From: Rhynchopus sp. YZ270_cl-10 | Lineage: Eukaryota | Length of the DNA: 64,000 nt | NCBI GenBank assembly: GCA_964035575.1 | Contig: OZ037845.1 | Location: 1,488,001 to 1,552,000, forward strand | Reading direction: 5' to 3' | Shown: positions 1 through 11,887 of the stretch, piece by piece | How positions within the stretch are numbered: the first letter of the stretch is position 1 | How the letters are laid out: every line of letters begins with the position of its first letter | Notes under the pieces: model-generated | The model's input: only the letters and a program-made list of their open reading frames with translations | Told to the model about the DNA's origin: nothing | The model's database searches: none | Translations under genes and position numbers: made by a program

Positions 1-876
1 ATTGGTGTGATTGAGTACCAGGCAGTGGACATGGGTGGGTCGATGTACGTCCACCTGTTCGGTGCTCTGTTCGGAGTGGCTTGCAGCTTTGCTTACATGA
101 AGAAGGCTGAGGTGACGAAGCTGGACAAGGACGGAAAGAACGCGTCATCGCGCACAACAGACACATTCGCGATGGTGGGCACGATCTTCCTGTTCATGTT
201 CTGGCCCTCATTCAACGGTGCTCTTGCTGTGGGCTCGCCACGTACACGTGTGGTGATCAACACTGTGCTTGCCATCTGTGCGTCCACCACCTCTGCGTTC
301 CTGATGTCGTACGTCCTGCGTGGTGGGTACTTCTCGATGGTCGACATCCAGAACGCCACACTTGCGGGTGGTGTTGCTGTGGGCAGCAGCAGCGATCTTG
401 TTGTTGACGCTTGGCCCTCCCTTCTTGTGGGAACCATTGCTGGGTTTGTCTCCGTCTTTGGCTACGTGTACCTGAGCCCTGCCCTTGAGAGCGCTGGCCT
501 GCACGACACCTGTGGTGTGCTGAACCTCCACGGCATCCCCGGAATGATTGGCGGTATCTCTGGTGCGATCTCTGCTGCGTCTGCGGGTGAGTCTGTGTAC
601 GGCGGTGACATTGGGCTTGTGTTCCCTGCACGCTCGTCTGGCCGCTCTGCCTCGCACCAGGGTGCCATGCAGACGGCTTGCCTGTTCACCACCATCGGAA
701 TTGCCATTGCTGGAGGGCTTGTCACTGGCATTGTTCTGAAGTTCATCCCGAACCCTGGTGATGCTCGCTACGAGGTGTTCGAGGACAAGCGCTACTGGGA
801 GGAGCTGGCTGACGAGGACGAGGAGGCCACCACCCTTGAGATTGACGCTGAGATGGCCGAGAAGGCTGAAGAGTAG
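1..876 (+). CDS. Rh50: Rh-type (Rhesus/Amt superfamily) ammonium transporter, 5'-truncated by window edge
   Basis: Motifs DMGGSMYVHLFGA, FWPSFN, DIQNATLAGGVAVG, DTCGVLNLHGIPG. Nearly identical to the gene at 1529 (offset 2023) except the last ~15 codons. Confidence 0.93.
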   Translation: MGVIEYQAVDMGGSMYVHLFGALFGVACSFAYMKKAEVTKLDKDGKNASSRTTDTFAMVGTIFLFMFWPSFNGALAVGSPRTRVVINTVLAICASTTSAFLMSYVLRGGYFSMVDIQNATLAGGVAVGSSSDLVVDAWPSLLVGTIAGFVSVFGYVYLSPALESAGLHDTCGVLNLHGIPGMIGGISGAISAASAGESVYGGDIGLVFPARSSGRSASHQGAMQTACLFTTIGIAIAGGLVTGIVLKFIPNPGDARYEVFEDKRYWEELADEDEEATTLEIDAEMAEKAEE

Positions 877-1528
877 AAGCTCCTTGCACATCTGTTATGC
901 CCACTGCTCCCTCATATCCCATCTCTTTCCCTTCCCCTCTTCCCCGAACGTTAGCACCCTTTTGCTTCCCATTCCACGCAGTTCGAATGTCCAACGAACA
1001 CCCCGAAGGCACCTTCTGCAGAAATGCATGAGTGGCAACGTTGGCGTGACGCACAGTGGTTTCGCATTGTAGGGCAGAAGCGTGCCTTGTAAATTTGTTA
1101 TGTTATGACGGCGCCTGAGAACGCCCCCGACGAGAGAGAGTCTCGCAAACTTGTAAAAAATGTAAAGATAATAAAAAAAAGGGGGGGGGGGGGGGGGAAA
1201 TCCCAGAGTACCAAAGAGGGAGATTACCACACACAAACGAGCCAGTTCACGTCCTCTGTTGTTTGATGCAGCGCAACTATTTTATAGAGAAAATATGTAA
1301 AGAACGAAGGGAAAAGGTTGCGAAGGGGGTCGAACCTGCAACTGTACGCCACTTCTGATGTGTGGATTTAATAAAATTAAAAACTGAGGGACGTTGACAG
1401 CTCGTGCACAAAAAAGACAAAATAGAACAAACCCACCACATTTTGCTTTGATCTGTTGCTCAGTTGCCTTGCCTTCGCTATACACACAGACACACACAGG
1501 CATTTGTATTGTTAGTTGAGGATTAACT

Positions 1529-2908
1529 ATGGCGCACGCGGCAAAGATCGAGCCGGTGACGGTAGCAACGTTCCTTCTGTTCCAGATTGCACTCATCTTC
1601 CTGTACGCCTACTGCGTGGAGTACTCCGATGACACAAAGGTGTCCGACACGGAGCAAGAAAGCGACCTGTCCCTGACGCGTCTGTACCCCTTCTTCCAGG
1701 ATGTGCACGTGATGGTGTTCATTGGTTTCGGTTTCCTGATGACCTTCATGCGCCGCTACAGCATGACCGCAGTTGCCTTCAACTACTTCGTCGCAGCCGC
1801 AATGCTGATGTGGACGATCCTCGTGCTTGGGTTCTGGCACCGTGCCTTCGGTGCAAAGAGCTTCTTCGACAAGATCAACCTGCAGGCAACCGACCTCGTC
1901 ACAGGAGACTTTGGTGCGGCATCTGTGCTGATTGCATTCGGAGCTGTGCTTGGGAAGGTGGGACCCACACAGCTGCTTGTGATGGGAATTCTGCAGATCT
2001 TCTTCTACGCACTGAACGAGTCGATTGGTGTGATTGAGTACCAGGCAGTGGACATGGGTGGGTCGATGTACGTCCACCTGTTCGGTGCTCTGTTTGGAGT
2101 GGCTTGCAGCTTTGCTTACATGAAGAAGGCTGAGGTGACGAAGCTGGACAAGGACGGAAAGAACGCGTCATCGCGCACAACAGACACATTCGCGATGGTG
2201 GGCACGATCTTCCTGTTCATGTTCTGGCCCTCATTCAACGGTGCTCTTGCTGTGGGCTCGCCACGTACACGTGTGGTGATCAACACTGTGCTTGCCATCT
2301 GTGCGTCCACCACCTCTGCGTTCCTGATGTCGTACGTCCTGCGTGGTGGATACTTCTCGATGGTCGACATCCAGAACGCCACACTTGCGGGTGGTGTTGC
2401 TGTGGGCAGCAGCAGCGATCTTGTTGTTGACGCTTGGCCCTCCCTTCTTGTGGGAACCATTGCTGGGTTTGTCTCCGTCTTTGGCTACGTGTACCTGAGC
2501 CCTGCCCTTGAGAGCGCTGGCCTGCACGACACCTGTGGTGTGCTGAACCTCCACGGCATCCCCGGAATGATTGGTGGTATCTCTGGTGCGATCTCTGCTG
2601 CGTCTGCGGGTGAGTCTGTGTACGGCGGTGACATTGGGCTTGTGTTCCCTGCACGCTCGTCTGGCCGCTCTGCCTCGCACCAGGGTGCCATGCAGACGGC
2701 TTGCCTGTTCACCACCATCGGAATTGCCATTGCTGGAGGGCTTGTCACTGGCATTGTTCTGAAGTTCATCCCGAACCCTGGTGATGCTCGCTACGAGGTG
2801 TTCGAGGACAAGCGCTACTGGGAGGAGCTGGCTGAGGAGGACGAGGAGGACGAACCACTTGAGATTGACGCTGAGATGGCCGATAAGCAGGAGGAGGCGA
2901 CGGCATGA
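1529..2908 (+). CDS. Rh50: Rh-type ammonium transporter (459 aa, intronless)
   Basis: YPFFQDVHVMVFIGFGFLMTF, HLFGA, FWPSFN, QNATLAGG and LHGIPG Rh signatures; many hydrophobic helices. Confidence 0.95.
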   Translation: MAHAAKIEPVTVATFLLFQIALIFLYAYCVEYSDDTKVSDTEQESDLSLTRLYPFFQDVHVMVFIGFGFLMTFMRRYSMTAVAFNYFVAAAMLMWTILVLGFWHRAFGAKSFFDKINLQATDLVTGDFGAASVLIAFGAVLGKVGPTQLLVMGILQIFFYALNESIGVIEYQAVDMGGSMYVHLFGALFGVACSFAYMKKAEVTKLDKDGKNASSRTTDTFAMVGTIFLFMFWPSFNGALAVGSPRTRVVINTVLAICASTTSAFLMSYVLRGGYFSMVDIQNATLAGGVAVGSSSDLVVDAWPSLLVGTIAGFVSVFGYVYLSPALESAGLHDTCGVLNLHGIPGMIGGISGAISAASAGESVYGGDIGLVFPARSSGRSASHQGAMQTACLFTTIGIAIAGGLVTGIVLKFIPNPGDARYEVFEDKRYWEELAEEDEEDEPLEIDAEMADKQEEATA

Positions 2909-4847
2909 GCACGCAACGAACACTCATCCCCTGTGTCAAAAGGACAGCCGCACTGAGTTGTGCAGGACACAGGCTTGGTTTCTAGTTGCGATATGATTCA
3001 TGTTTGAAAACGCAAAAAAAAAAAAAGCAAAAACAAAACAAAAGAAAACAATCAATTTTCAAAGACTCCAAAAAAAAAAAAGGCATACACAAATTCTGAA
3101 CAACCCCCCTTAACCCCTCCTTCCCTCCTTGTATCTGTTACTAAATTGTAGACATTTTGTACACTGTGCTTGCGCGAGGGATATAAGCCCTCACCGGGAC
3201 CATTTGGTTCTACAATTTGCGCAAGAAGAACTGCATTTAATGTCGTGCTCCCTCATCCCAAAAGATGCTTGTTTCGTTTGCTATTGCCGGATGTGTCCTG
3301 AAGACGTTTGTAGGCGTAGTTGACGGAATTTTGTTTCATTAAAATGAGTTTTATTTTTTGTTAGAAGCAGTTGCAAAAAAAAAAGTATCAGCCGGCAGCG
3401 GGGAGGGAAAAAATATATATCAAAAAAGAGAGAAAAAGGAATGTACCGAATTAATGTCTGGCGGTGTGATATGTAGCGCACCGTGCAAACCCTCTTAGAG
3501 ATGATCAGACATAACGGAAAATACAACGACCATTTTTATTTTATTTTATTTTTTGCAGAAAATAGATTGACAGCAGTTTTTTTGTGTTGAAAATCATGGA
3601 AAATGTGCTGTCATATCGGTGACTAAGCACGACAGGCTTAGGTTCGTTTCATAAGATATTTTTTTTCTTTTTTCTGCGTTTTTTCCCCATCTTTTAGGAT
3701 GCCTGCAATGCATGTTCATCTTTATTTTCATCTTTCAAGTTTCCCCCCCGGTGCCTTTTTAGCAGTGGAGCTGCGAGCCGTGGATGCACTGTTCACACAT
3801 TTTTTTTAAATTTTTTTTTGAAAAAAAAATATGTGTGAAAAGTGGTGTAGAATTTTTCGTTTGGGTGTCGTGCCCACCTCCTGGAAGTGTCTATGCCGTC
3901 ATTTAACGGCAATGATTATGTTCCTGCTTACAGCCCCCCTCGTGGTGACCGTGTGCATACCAAATGGAGTGATCTCTGGGGTTCGATAACCCGCGAAGAA
4001 TCGTGCTTGCGTCCATTGATGAACGGTGAGGCGGTTGCACTTTCAACTTCTCTTTAACTTCACTTTCAGACAAAGGCATGAATGGTTCTTTTGTTTTTAT
4101 TTAGTATGTGAAGTGTCCAAGGGCAAATACATCTTTCAGATTTCTTTCAAAACTTTTTTGACTATTTTTTTTTTTTTTCCTGCAGTGGCTTCTCTTCGTC
4201 CCCTGCCCCTCACTTTTTTTTATTTTTGCCCAAAAAAGGGAAGAAGAAAAAGATGTTTATATCTTCAACACATTCATCTGAGTTAGATTTATATCAAAAA
4301 AGCAAAAAAAAAATAGCCTTTTTTCTTTTCACAACAAGTGTATCTAGTGTGGTTTCCTGTTTTCATTTTTTGTTTATTGTTTGAAAAAACCAAACCAAAG
4401 TTTTGAAAGTACAGATGTGTTTGCCCAGGACTATTTCATGTTTCAAAGTGGTAAATCGAAAACGAAAGAACAAAGATCACGATTCGATAAAACCAAGAAT
4501 GGTCCCTTGAGCCCTTTCTCATCTCTGAAATATAAAAATATAGTGTGGAGTTCATCCTCGGGTGGCTACACTAATACAACCAAGTTTTCAAAACTATAAA
4601 ATAAAGTCTCCATCTCACCACGAGACTTGAATACCAGCACTTCCCTCTCTCCTTTGGGTCCCCCAACTCACCCCCTTTACTATTTTTAAAACGCTTTTTT
4701 TGTGTATGTTTTTTTTTTTCTCTCTCTTTTCTTTTGTCCAGTTTTGAAAAAGAATTACCCCTCCGATTTATCTCATCATATTTAATTTTTCTCTGATAAC
4801 CACCATTTTTTTTCTTCAGGCATTCTCCAAAGTCGGTAAGAGCAATA

Positions 4848-6275
4848 ATGGCAGTCGCGTCACCCATGCCGATGGTGGCGATCTTTGCGCTGTTCCAGCT
4901 GGCCCTGTTGCTGCTGTATGTGTTCTTGGTTGAGTTCCCTGAGGAGTCGGAGATCCAGACGAGCGTCAGCGAATTCACCTTTGCGGGGCTGTACAACTAC
5001 TGGGTGGGTGTGCACATCTTTTTGCTCATTGGTATCGGCTTCCTTGCGTCGTTCCTGCGTAAGTACAGCCTGACTGCAGTGGCGTACAACTACCTCCTTG
5101 TTGCCTTTGCCCTGCAGTGGACCATCCTCGTGTACCACCTCTGGCAGCGTGCCTTTGAGGAGCAGGTCCAGGGCCGCTCAATGTACGACAGAATCCAGAT
5201 CACCACAAAGGACCTTGTTGTCGGCGACTTCGGAGCCCTGACAGTGCTGATCTCCTTCGGGGCGGTGATGGGCAAGGCTGGGCCGGCGCAGCTTCTTGTC
5301 ATGGCGATCATTGAGATCATCATCTCCGAGCTGAACAACGCCATTGCGTACTACGAGTACGAGGCGATTGATGTGGGTGGTGCCACGCAGGTCCACCTCT
5401 TTGGTGCTATCTTCGGGATTATGGCGGCGAAGTTCTATATGTCGGCAGATGAGGTGAAGGAGAAGGATAAGGACAACGGTCTGCAGCGCCGTGCCACCTT
5501 CGCGCACTCCGCCCCAAGCGACCAGCTCTACGTGGCGCGCAACAACTACATCTCCTCCAACAGCACCACCGACACCTTCGGCATGATCGGAACGCTCTTC
5601 CTTGCGGTCTTCTTCCCTGCCCTCAACGCTTCCATGACCGTCGGATACGCCAGAGAGCGCGTCGTGATCGGCACGGTCCTTGCAATGTGCGCCTCCACCA
5701 CTATGGCATTCACCGTCTCAGCAGCCCTCCGTGGCGGGAAGTTCTCGATGGCGGACATCCAGGCCGCAACCCTCGCAGGAGGAGTCATCATCGGGGGGGT
5801 CACCTCTGTGGTGTCTCATGTGTGGGTGTTCATCCTGCTCGGGATGCTTGCGGGGGTGTTGACCGTCGCAGGGTTTGTTATCTTCACGCCGATCCTGGAG
5901 GGTGCAGGGATTCATGACACCCGTGGAGTGTTTTGGCTTCATGGACTCCCCGGGTTTGTGGCAGGTATTGCGAGCTGCATTTCACAGCGCATGGCGAACG
6001 GAACAACGATCTTCGGACAGTCCATCGGTGTGTTGATCCCTGCACGCATGAACGACGACCGCATTCCTTCGTACCAGAGCGCGATGCAGGTTTCTATGCT
6101 CTTCACGACCATCGGTATGGCACTGGCAGGAGGTATCCTTGCAGGCATCGTCATGAGATTCGTCCCCAACATTGGAGATGATGAGCACCCCGTCTTCGAC
6201 GATGCACGCTACTGGGAGGAGCTTGCGGAGGGCAAGAAAAACGATGACGATATCCCGCTTGAGATCGACGCCTAG
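4848..6275 (+). CDS. Rh50: Divergent Rh-type ammonium transporter paralog (475 aa)
   Basis: Colinear with 1529..2908; keeps HLFGA and LHGLPG histidines and the YWEELA...LEIDA tail. A T-tract plus CAG at 4806-4819 is a possible splice acceptor. Confidence 0.92.
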   Translation: MAVASPMPMVAIFALFQLALLLLYVFLVEFPEESEIQTSVSEFTFAGLYNYWVGVHIFLLIGIGFLASFLRKYSLTAVAYNYLLVAFALQWTILVYHLWQRAFEEQVQGRSMYDRIQITTKDLVVGDFGALTVLISFGAVMGKAGPAQLLVMAIIEIIISELNNAIAYYEYEAIDVGGATQVHLFGAIFGIMAAKFYMSADEVKEKDKDNGLQRRATFAHSAPSDQLYVARNNYISSNSTTDTFGMIGTLFLAVFFPALNASMTVGYARERVVIGTVLAMCASTTMAFTVSAALRGGKFSMADIQAATLAGGVIIGGVTSVVSHVWVFILLGMLAGVLTVAGFVIFTPILEGAGIHDTRGVFWLHGLPGFVAGIASCISQRMANGTTIFGQSIGVLIPARMNDDRIPSYQSAMQVSMLFTTIGMALAGGILAGIVMRFVPNIGDDEHPVFDDARYWEELAEGKKNDDDIPLEIDA

Positions 6276-8060
6276 AATTTGAAAAAAAAAAAAACACCGC
6301 CCACCAATGGGCGATAGTCGATTGGATTTTAACAAAAAAAAGCAACAAAAAAAAATGTAACACCACTTGCCTCGAGAAAAGGGCAGATTTTTAAAAAGCG
6401 TTTAGATTTTTGAGAGGGAAAAAGATAGGTTCGGCCCCTTCCTGCTATGGTTGATAGCCAGAGATAATAGGTTTTTCATTTTAATGGAACACTTCGTAGG
6501 GGATGGCCAAGAGTGCGATGGTAAAGCAGGTCGAGTACAACCCTCGGGTAGGGCTCTCTTCTATTTTACCACAAAATCATATAAAGATTTCAAAAGAGAA
6601 AAAAAATAGAAATTTAATGGCCATGATCGATTATCAGAAAAGTTAAAACTACATAAAAATGTGTTCGTCTGTCAAAAAAAAGTAAAACAGAATATATCTC
6701 GTGTAACTCATAGCAGATGGCTGCGTGGGTTTTTCAAAAGAGTATTGGAGCACAACAGCTTTCTGATGGACATCTTCTTGGGGGAGAAAAAGTAATCGTC
6801 TTTTCTTTTCTTTCTTTTTGGGGCATTCGCCTCAACTTTCGACCTCTCTTTTTCTCTCTTTCTCTCTCTCCCTTTTCCCCTTACCCCAACTTCTCTTGTT
6901 TTCGGTTCTTGTAACTCCTTAAATTTTTTTTTTTTGATTCTGTTTTTTGTTGTTTTTGAGGATGGATGAATAACCTTTAATTTCTTCAATATACGGACGC
7001 GTTGTCCTTTTAGCGTAAAAGAAATTTGCCGCAGAGATGACGGAATTCTTTTAAAATAAAAATGGATAAAAAAAGGGATTTGTGTAAAGCCCGAGATAAA
7101 AAAAGGGCAGAGCGGAGCTCGTAGTTAGATCCAGAGCTCAGGTTGTAAGGTGCCACGGTTTTTTCGTGATGGCGTAATGTCATAGCGTTGGCTGTGGGTT
7201 AAAACATCTTACATCAAGAGCTGACAAAAAAAAACTGTTGAGAGATGATTTGTAGCTTTACCTTTGAAAAATTCATTAGCCTTCAGGCGACTTTGTTGTA
7301 GCAAAGCCTGTCTTAGGACAGATTGTCGATACTGCAAAAAAGAATAGATCAGACAAGATACAAAACGCAACATAAATGGGGAGGAAGGGGGGGCAACGTC
7401 TGATATTAGCGAGGTGAGAAAGGGGAATCTGAAGCTGGAGAGGCTTTTATCTTGTTGGGGAGCAGTGTTTATTTTTTTTTATTTATGGGTTACGCAGAAC
7501 TTTGTGTTCGAGAAGAGCACATTATTTTTTAATGTTTTTCTCCTCTCGAAAACGAGTTTCGGCGTTGCTCTACACAACGTAGTTCTCTCTCGTTAAAGTG
7601 ACTAAGCACAGAGAGGCTTAGATTCGTCCTAGGGGGTTTTCGTTCTTTGTTATGTGTATCGTGTGTGCACTCGTTTTTTTTTTTTTTTTTTTTTTGCGAA
7701 GGTTTCTTTCTTTCCACTTATTTCTCTCCTTTTTAAAAATACCCTTCTCCATTTTTTCTGATTCCAACAACGTGTCACCAAACCTCCTTCCAAGGAGAAA
7801 AACTTCTTTTTAACCATGTTGTGGAATATAATTAGGGAAATTCAAAACACAAAATATATTCTAACACAAAACGGAAGGGGGGCGGATTTTTTTTTTGACG
7901 GATTTTTTCTCTTCTCCAGCTTCTTTTTGTCTTCTTCCCTCCCCCCCAAAAAAAATCATTTTTTTTTTTTTTTGTACATTTGGAGGAAGAAGTGAAGAGA
8001 AGGTAAATAACATTTTTTTTTTCTTAGATGTGTCGCCTTTTTATCCCCCCTCACCCCTTC

Positions 8061-8213
8061 CACCGCGGACTAGTCAGGTGAACTACTAGTGAAACTACTA
8101 GTCGTAACGACTAGTACTACACTGGTGGTGTTATTGGTGTAACACTAGTTGTAAAACACTAGTCATTTGGACGAGTAGCACTACTAGTAGTCTTCTCTGA
8201 CTAGTCCGCCGTG
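8061..8213. mobile_element. Small MITE rich in ACTAGT palindromes (CACTA/CMC-like ends)
   Basis: 17-bp TIR CACCGCGGACTAGTCAG / CTGACTAGTCCGCCGTG (1 mismatch), flanked by TC on both sides. Confidence 0.6.
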
Positions 8214-9128
8214 TCCCTAAAGGATTCCTTTTCTTTTCTAAGATGAACCTGCATCGATGAGGCGTTTTCATTTCTCTTGCAAGGATTCCTTTTTCTCTTT
8301 TTTGTTCTCGATAACCCGCGGGAATTGGTGCATCCAGACGTGCACCTTTTCTACCCCATTTTTTTTTCCGTTTTTTCTTTTTTTTTTTCTCTACAGAGTA
8401 CTTGCCATTATTTGTGATGGCAGAGAAGTGTTTTCTTGTACCCCACCACCACCACCCCCACGTCAAGACCCCTCCCCTTACTCCTAATGCCTTTTCTTTT
8501 GTGAACAAAAGCTTACACCAAAATAACCCCCCTACGCGACACTACCCCCCTCACATACCGGAGCTTGACAATACAGGGAAAAAAAAAACAGTAAAATACA
8601 ACAAAAGCTTAAGATAAAAAACGCTTCCCATTTTTGTCCCGATTTTTTTTTGTTTCCACACTTTGTTCCATGATGTAAACCTCGAAATGGATTGTAGGAC
8701 TGCATGGTTGGGGAAGTCCACCCCGGTACAGCGCTTGTCTTTGCGTTGTACTACGGCAAAAGGCAGACTGCTGAGGATACGTATCCGCTCGAGGCGCGAA
8801 GTCTGTTGTGCTCATGTCCTCATTAAGTATCGCTTCTTCGGGTTGCGGTCTTTGTGAGGCGTGTGTATCTCAGATTAGTTTACGTAGGGTGCGCACCGAT
8901 CATTGTACCAAAAGGTACATATTGTCACGAAAAAGGGCTTTGTATTTCAATTTTTTTTTCTTCCTTCTTCAACAAATCCTTTTCCAGAACACTATTAAAA
9001 AACACACACTTTCCCACTCCCACCCTCTACGAACCCTTTTGGAAATGAGGGTACAATAGATTGACTCTTTATTACCCCAGTCTATTTTTTTTCTTTTTTT
9101 GTTTCTCTCTTTTTTTGTTTCCTTTACT

Positions 9129-9983
9129 ATGCCTACCCCTATTCGCACGCACTCTTATGCACAGCACCACCTTCCTCAAGGACCACCATCTGTTCCGCAA
9201 TACGCCGCACATCAACAGAGCTTGCTTGAAGGAGGCAGTGGGGATGGACAGGGGTCGTACTTTAGAGACGCTCACCTTCACCCTCACCCTCAAGGGGAGA
9301 ATATGATGGGTGGTGTGAGCAATGCGACGTATAACAACGTATCCCAGGAGCCTCTGTCACCGACACATACCCCACCACCGCAGGTTTTTGCGAGGTTTGA
9401 AAGAGGTCCTCCCCCAGCGCCGTATCAGATGCCCCATGGGGTAAATCAGATGCAAATCCAAAACTACCCAAATCAAAACCACGTTGTCTCCCCACCTCCA
9501 CCCGGAGCGTATGATCCACGTGTTTTCTATGACACACCAATCACTTCGATGGATGTGAATCTTCTTCGCGCTGCATTACAGTTTGAAAGGGATGCGCATG
9601 AAACCACTAGGAGTCGGTTTGCGGTGATGCTTGCTGGGACGCAGGAGAGATTGGATGAGATTCGAGATGAGTTTGGGAAAGGTGAGGATGAAAACGCGGT
9701 GCTGCGTGGACAGCTCAGGAGACAGCAGCAAGGGGGTGGGGAGGGGCATGTGAACAATGAACCTGGTCCTTCATGGCAGGCCAGAGGGCGCTATGAAACC
9801 GTACCTACAGTGCACCCCCCACGCAGAGGCTCTGCCAGCAGAAAACCGCGTTTGCCTATTGAGGCTCGAGGAGCTGGTTCTGGTGTGAACTCTAACGCCC
9901 GCAGAAGAGATGGCGTTATGTCACCAAACAGCCGTCTCCAAACCGGGGGAAGAATTGAGCTGTTGACCCCTCGAAAACGGTAG
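9129..9983 (+). CDS. Hypothetical protein, Pro/Gln-rich N-terminus with a short coiled coil
   Basis: Long GC-richer ORF in AT-rich surroundings; first ATG at 9129 follows a pyrimidine tract; LRAALQFERDAHE...LRRQQ looks coiled-coil. Confidence 0.6.
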   Translation: MPTPIRTHSYAQHHLPQGPPSVPQYAAHQQSLLEGGSGDGQGSYFRDAHLHPHPQGENMMGGVSNATYNNVSQEPLSPTHTPPPQVFARFERGPPPAPYQMPHGVNQMQIQNYPNQNHVVSPPPPGAYDPRVFYDTPITSMDVNLLRAALQFERDAHETTRSRFAVMLAGTQERLDEIRDEFGKGEDENAVLRGQLRRQQQGGGEGHVNNEPGPSWQARGRYETVPTVHPPRRGSASRKPRLPIEARGAGSGVNSNARRRDGVMSPNSRLQTGGRIELLTPRKR

Positions 9984-11206
9984 AGAGGGAGGGGGACTTT
10001 TTTTTTTTATAGATTTGGAACATTTTTGTTTTGCGAAAATAGGAGAATGTTGACGGGCAGCGATTGTCCCTATAGATTTGTTTTTTGACCTTTTTAGAGG
10101 GTTCTGTAGCAGGGGGGGGTTTTTTTTTCCTTACAGTGTTAGAAAACCGCCTCCACGTGTACGGGCTGAGTCCAAGAGGAAAAGGGAAACTATCCCCTGC
10201 CCAGTCGCAGTGTGGAACCCCCGCTATGTAGCACAGCAATAAAACTAAGAGTCAGTGTACACCATGAGGCGAAGCTACCAAAAAAAACTACTGTGTAGTC
10301 ACGCCTATCTCGGTAGGTTGCGAGTGAAATTAAAAAAAAAAAAAACCGGAATAATAAAGCCAGTCTGAATCCCGACTATTTTTCTCCCCTCCTCCCGTTA
10401 AATTATTTTTTTTTGCACCAATTCAGATCTCATACTGTTTGGCTGCGTTCAACGAAAATAGTCCTCCATTTTCCTAGTCGTGATATCAAGATCAGGTGGC
10501 AACCGTAAAAGTCCGGTTTTGAACATGCCAACACATTCTTATCTTACACGATTTTTTGAAGTGTTGAGCATGCATAAACATTCTTTCCGGGTGTGTTTTT
10601 TTCCCCTTCTTTTTTTTTTGAAGAATTTTTGGAATAGTGTTGCCACGCAAGCTCCACTGTTTTTTTTTTTTGCGCCTTGAAACTCACTTTGAGTTTCCTT
10701 TGTTTATTTATGACCTCCGTGGAGGTTATGAAAAAGAAGTCCTTATGTGTTCGCACTTTTGAGACACTTCTGTCGGTTCTCTTTCATCCTTTTAGTGTAT
10801 TTCATTCTCCTTTCCAGCTTTCTGTCACTGTGAAGCGCTGCAAAAAATAATTTCCCCCCCAAATTTGCGACTGAACGATGTGTAGCCACATCCTAATATC
10901 CTCTATTGTGGTGCATGAGCAAGTAACAACCGCCCACCACCCTTGCTCACTTTTTCCACTCTCCTTTCCCACCCCCAACTACAGACCGTTGTCATTTTAG
11001 AAGCTTCATTAAAGGCCCCTCTTCTCCCCTCCCCTCTCCCTTTTTTGGTTCATCCAATGTAAACAGCAACCCCGCAAACACGAATAGAACTTTCATGGTT
11101 TCTCCTTGGTGTAGTGTGCTGCTGACTTCGGTGCATTTTTTGCACCAATGATCAAGACTTTAAGGCTTAAGGATCATTTTACCAAACCCCAGGAATTTAC
11201 ACAAAA

Positions 11207-11887
11207 ATGGGTGACGACCCTGGTGACATGCGCGCGGAGTGTTTGAAGCTGCAGTGTGCGTTGCAGGACCGCCAGGCCACATGCGATGCTTATATGTCAA
11301 AACTGAAGGAGAAGAGCGCAGACGTGAAGACACGCGACCGCACTATTGCGGAACGTGACCAGCAGATTGTGGACTTAGAGACAGAGGTGCTGAAGGGGAA
11401 GGAGCGGGAGCGGCAGTTGGAGGCACTGCTGCAGTCGTACAACGACGAGCGGGAGGAGGCGCGCGATGATGCACGCGACATGAGCGCGGGTGAGAACGAG
11501 GCGGTACTGCTGGAGCTGGACCGCAAGAAGGAGGACATCCTGCACCTGAAAGAAACCATCGCCAACATGCAGGCACGCGACGCGCTTGCAGCAGCAGAAG
11601 CAGACGAATCCGACGCCATGGCACAACTGCACAAAGAAAACCACCGCCTCGTCGAGCTCGTCATGGAACTCAAAAAGCGCGAAGCCGAAGCAATAAACGA
11701 CAAAAACGAAACCGACCGCGGGCGCGACAGAGACAAAGCTAAGACACCAAAACGGACCTTCTCCCCAAAGAAAAAGGCGCAAGATGGGCTTGGGGTATGG
11801 CCCTCACTTACGTCCCTCTTTTCTTAACCCCCCTTCACTTTACAGCAACTCAAAGGCAAAGTGTCCGGTATATTGAAGAAGTTATAG
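11207..11887 (+). CDS. Coiled-coil hypothetical protein; exons 11207-11794 and 11846-11887
   Basis: E/K/R/L heptad-rich ORF. Phase-0 intron GTATGG...TTTACAG (11795-11845) gives the ending QDGLG-QLKGKVSGILKKL*. Confidence 0.7.
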
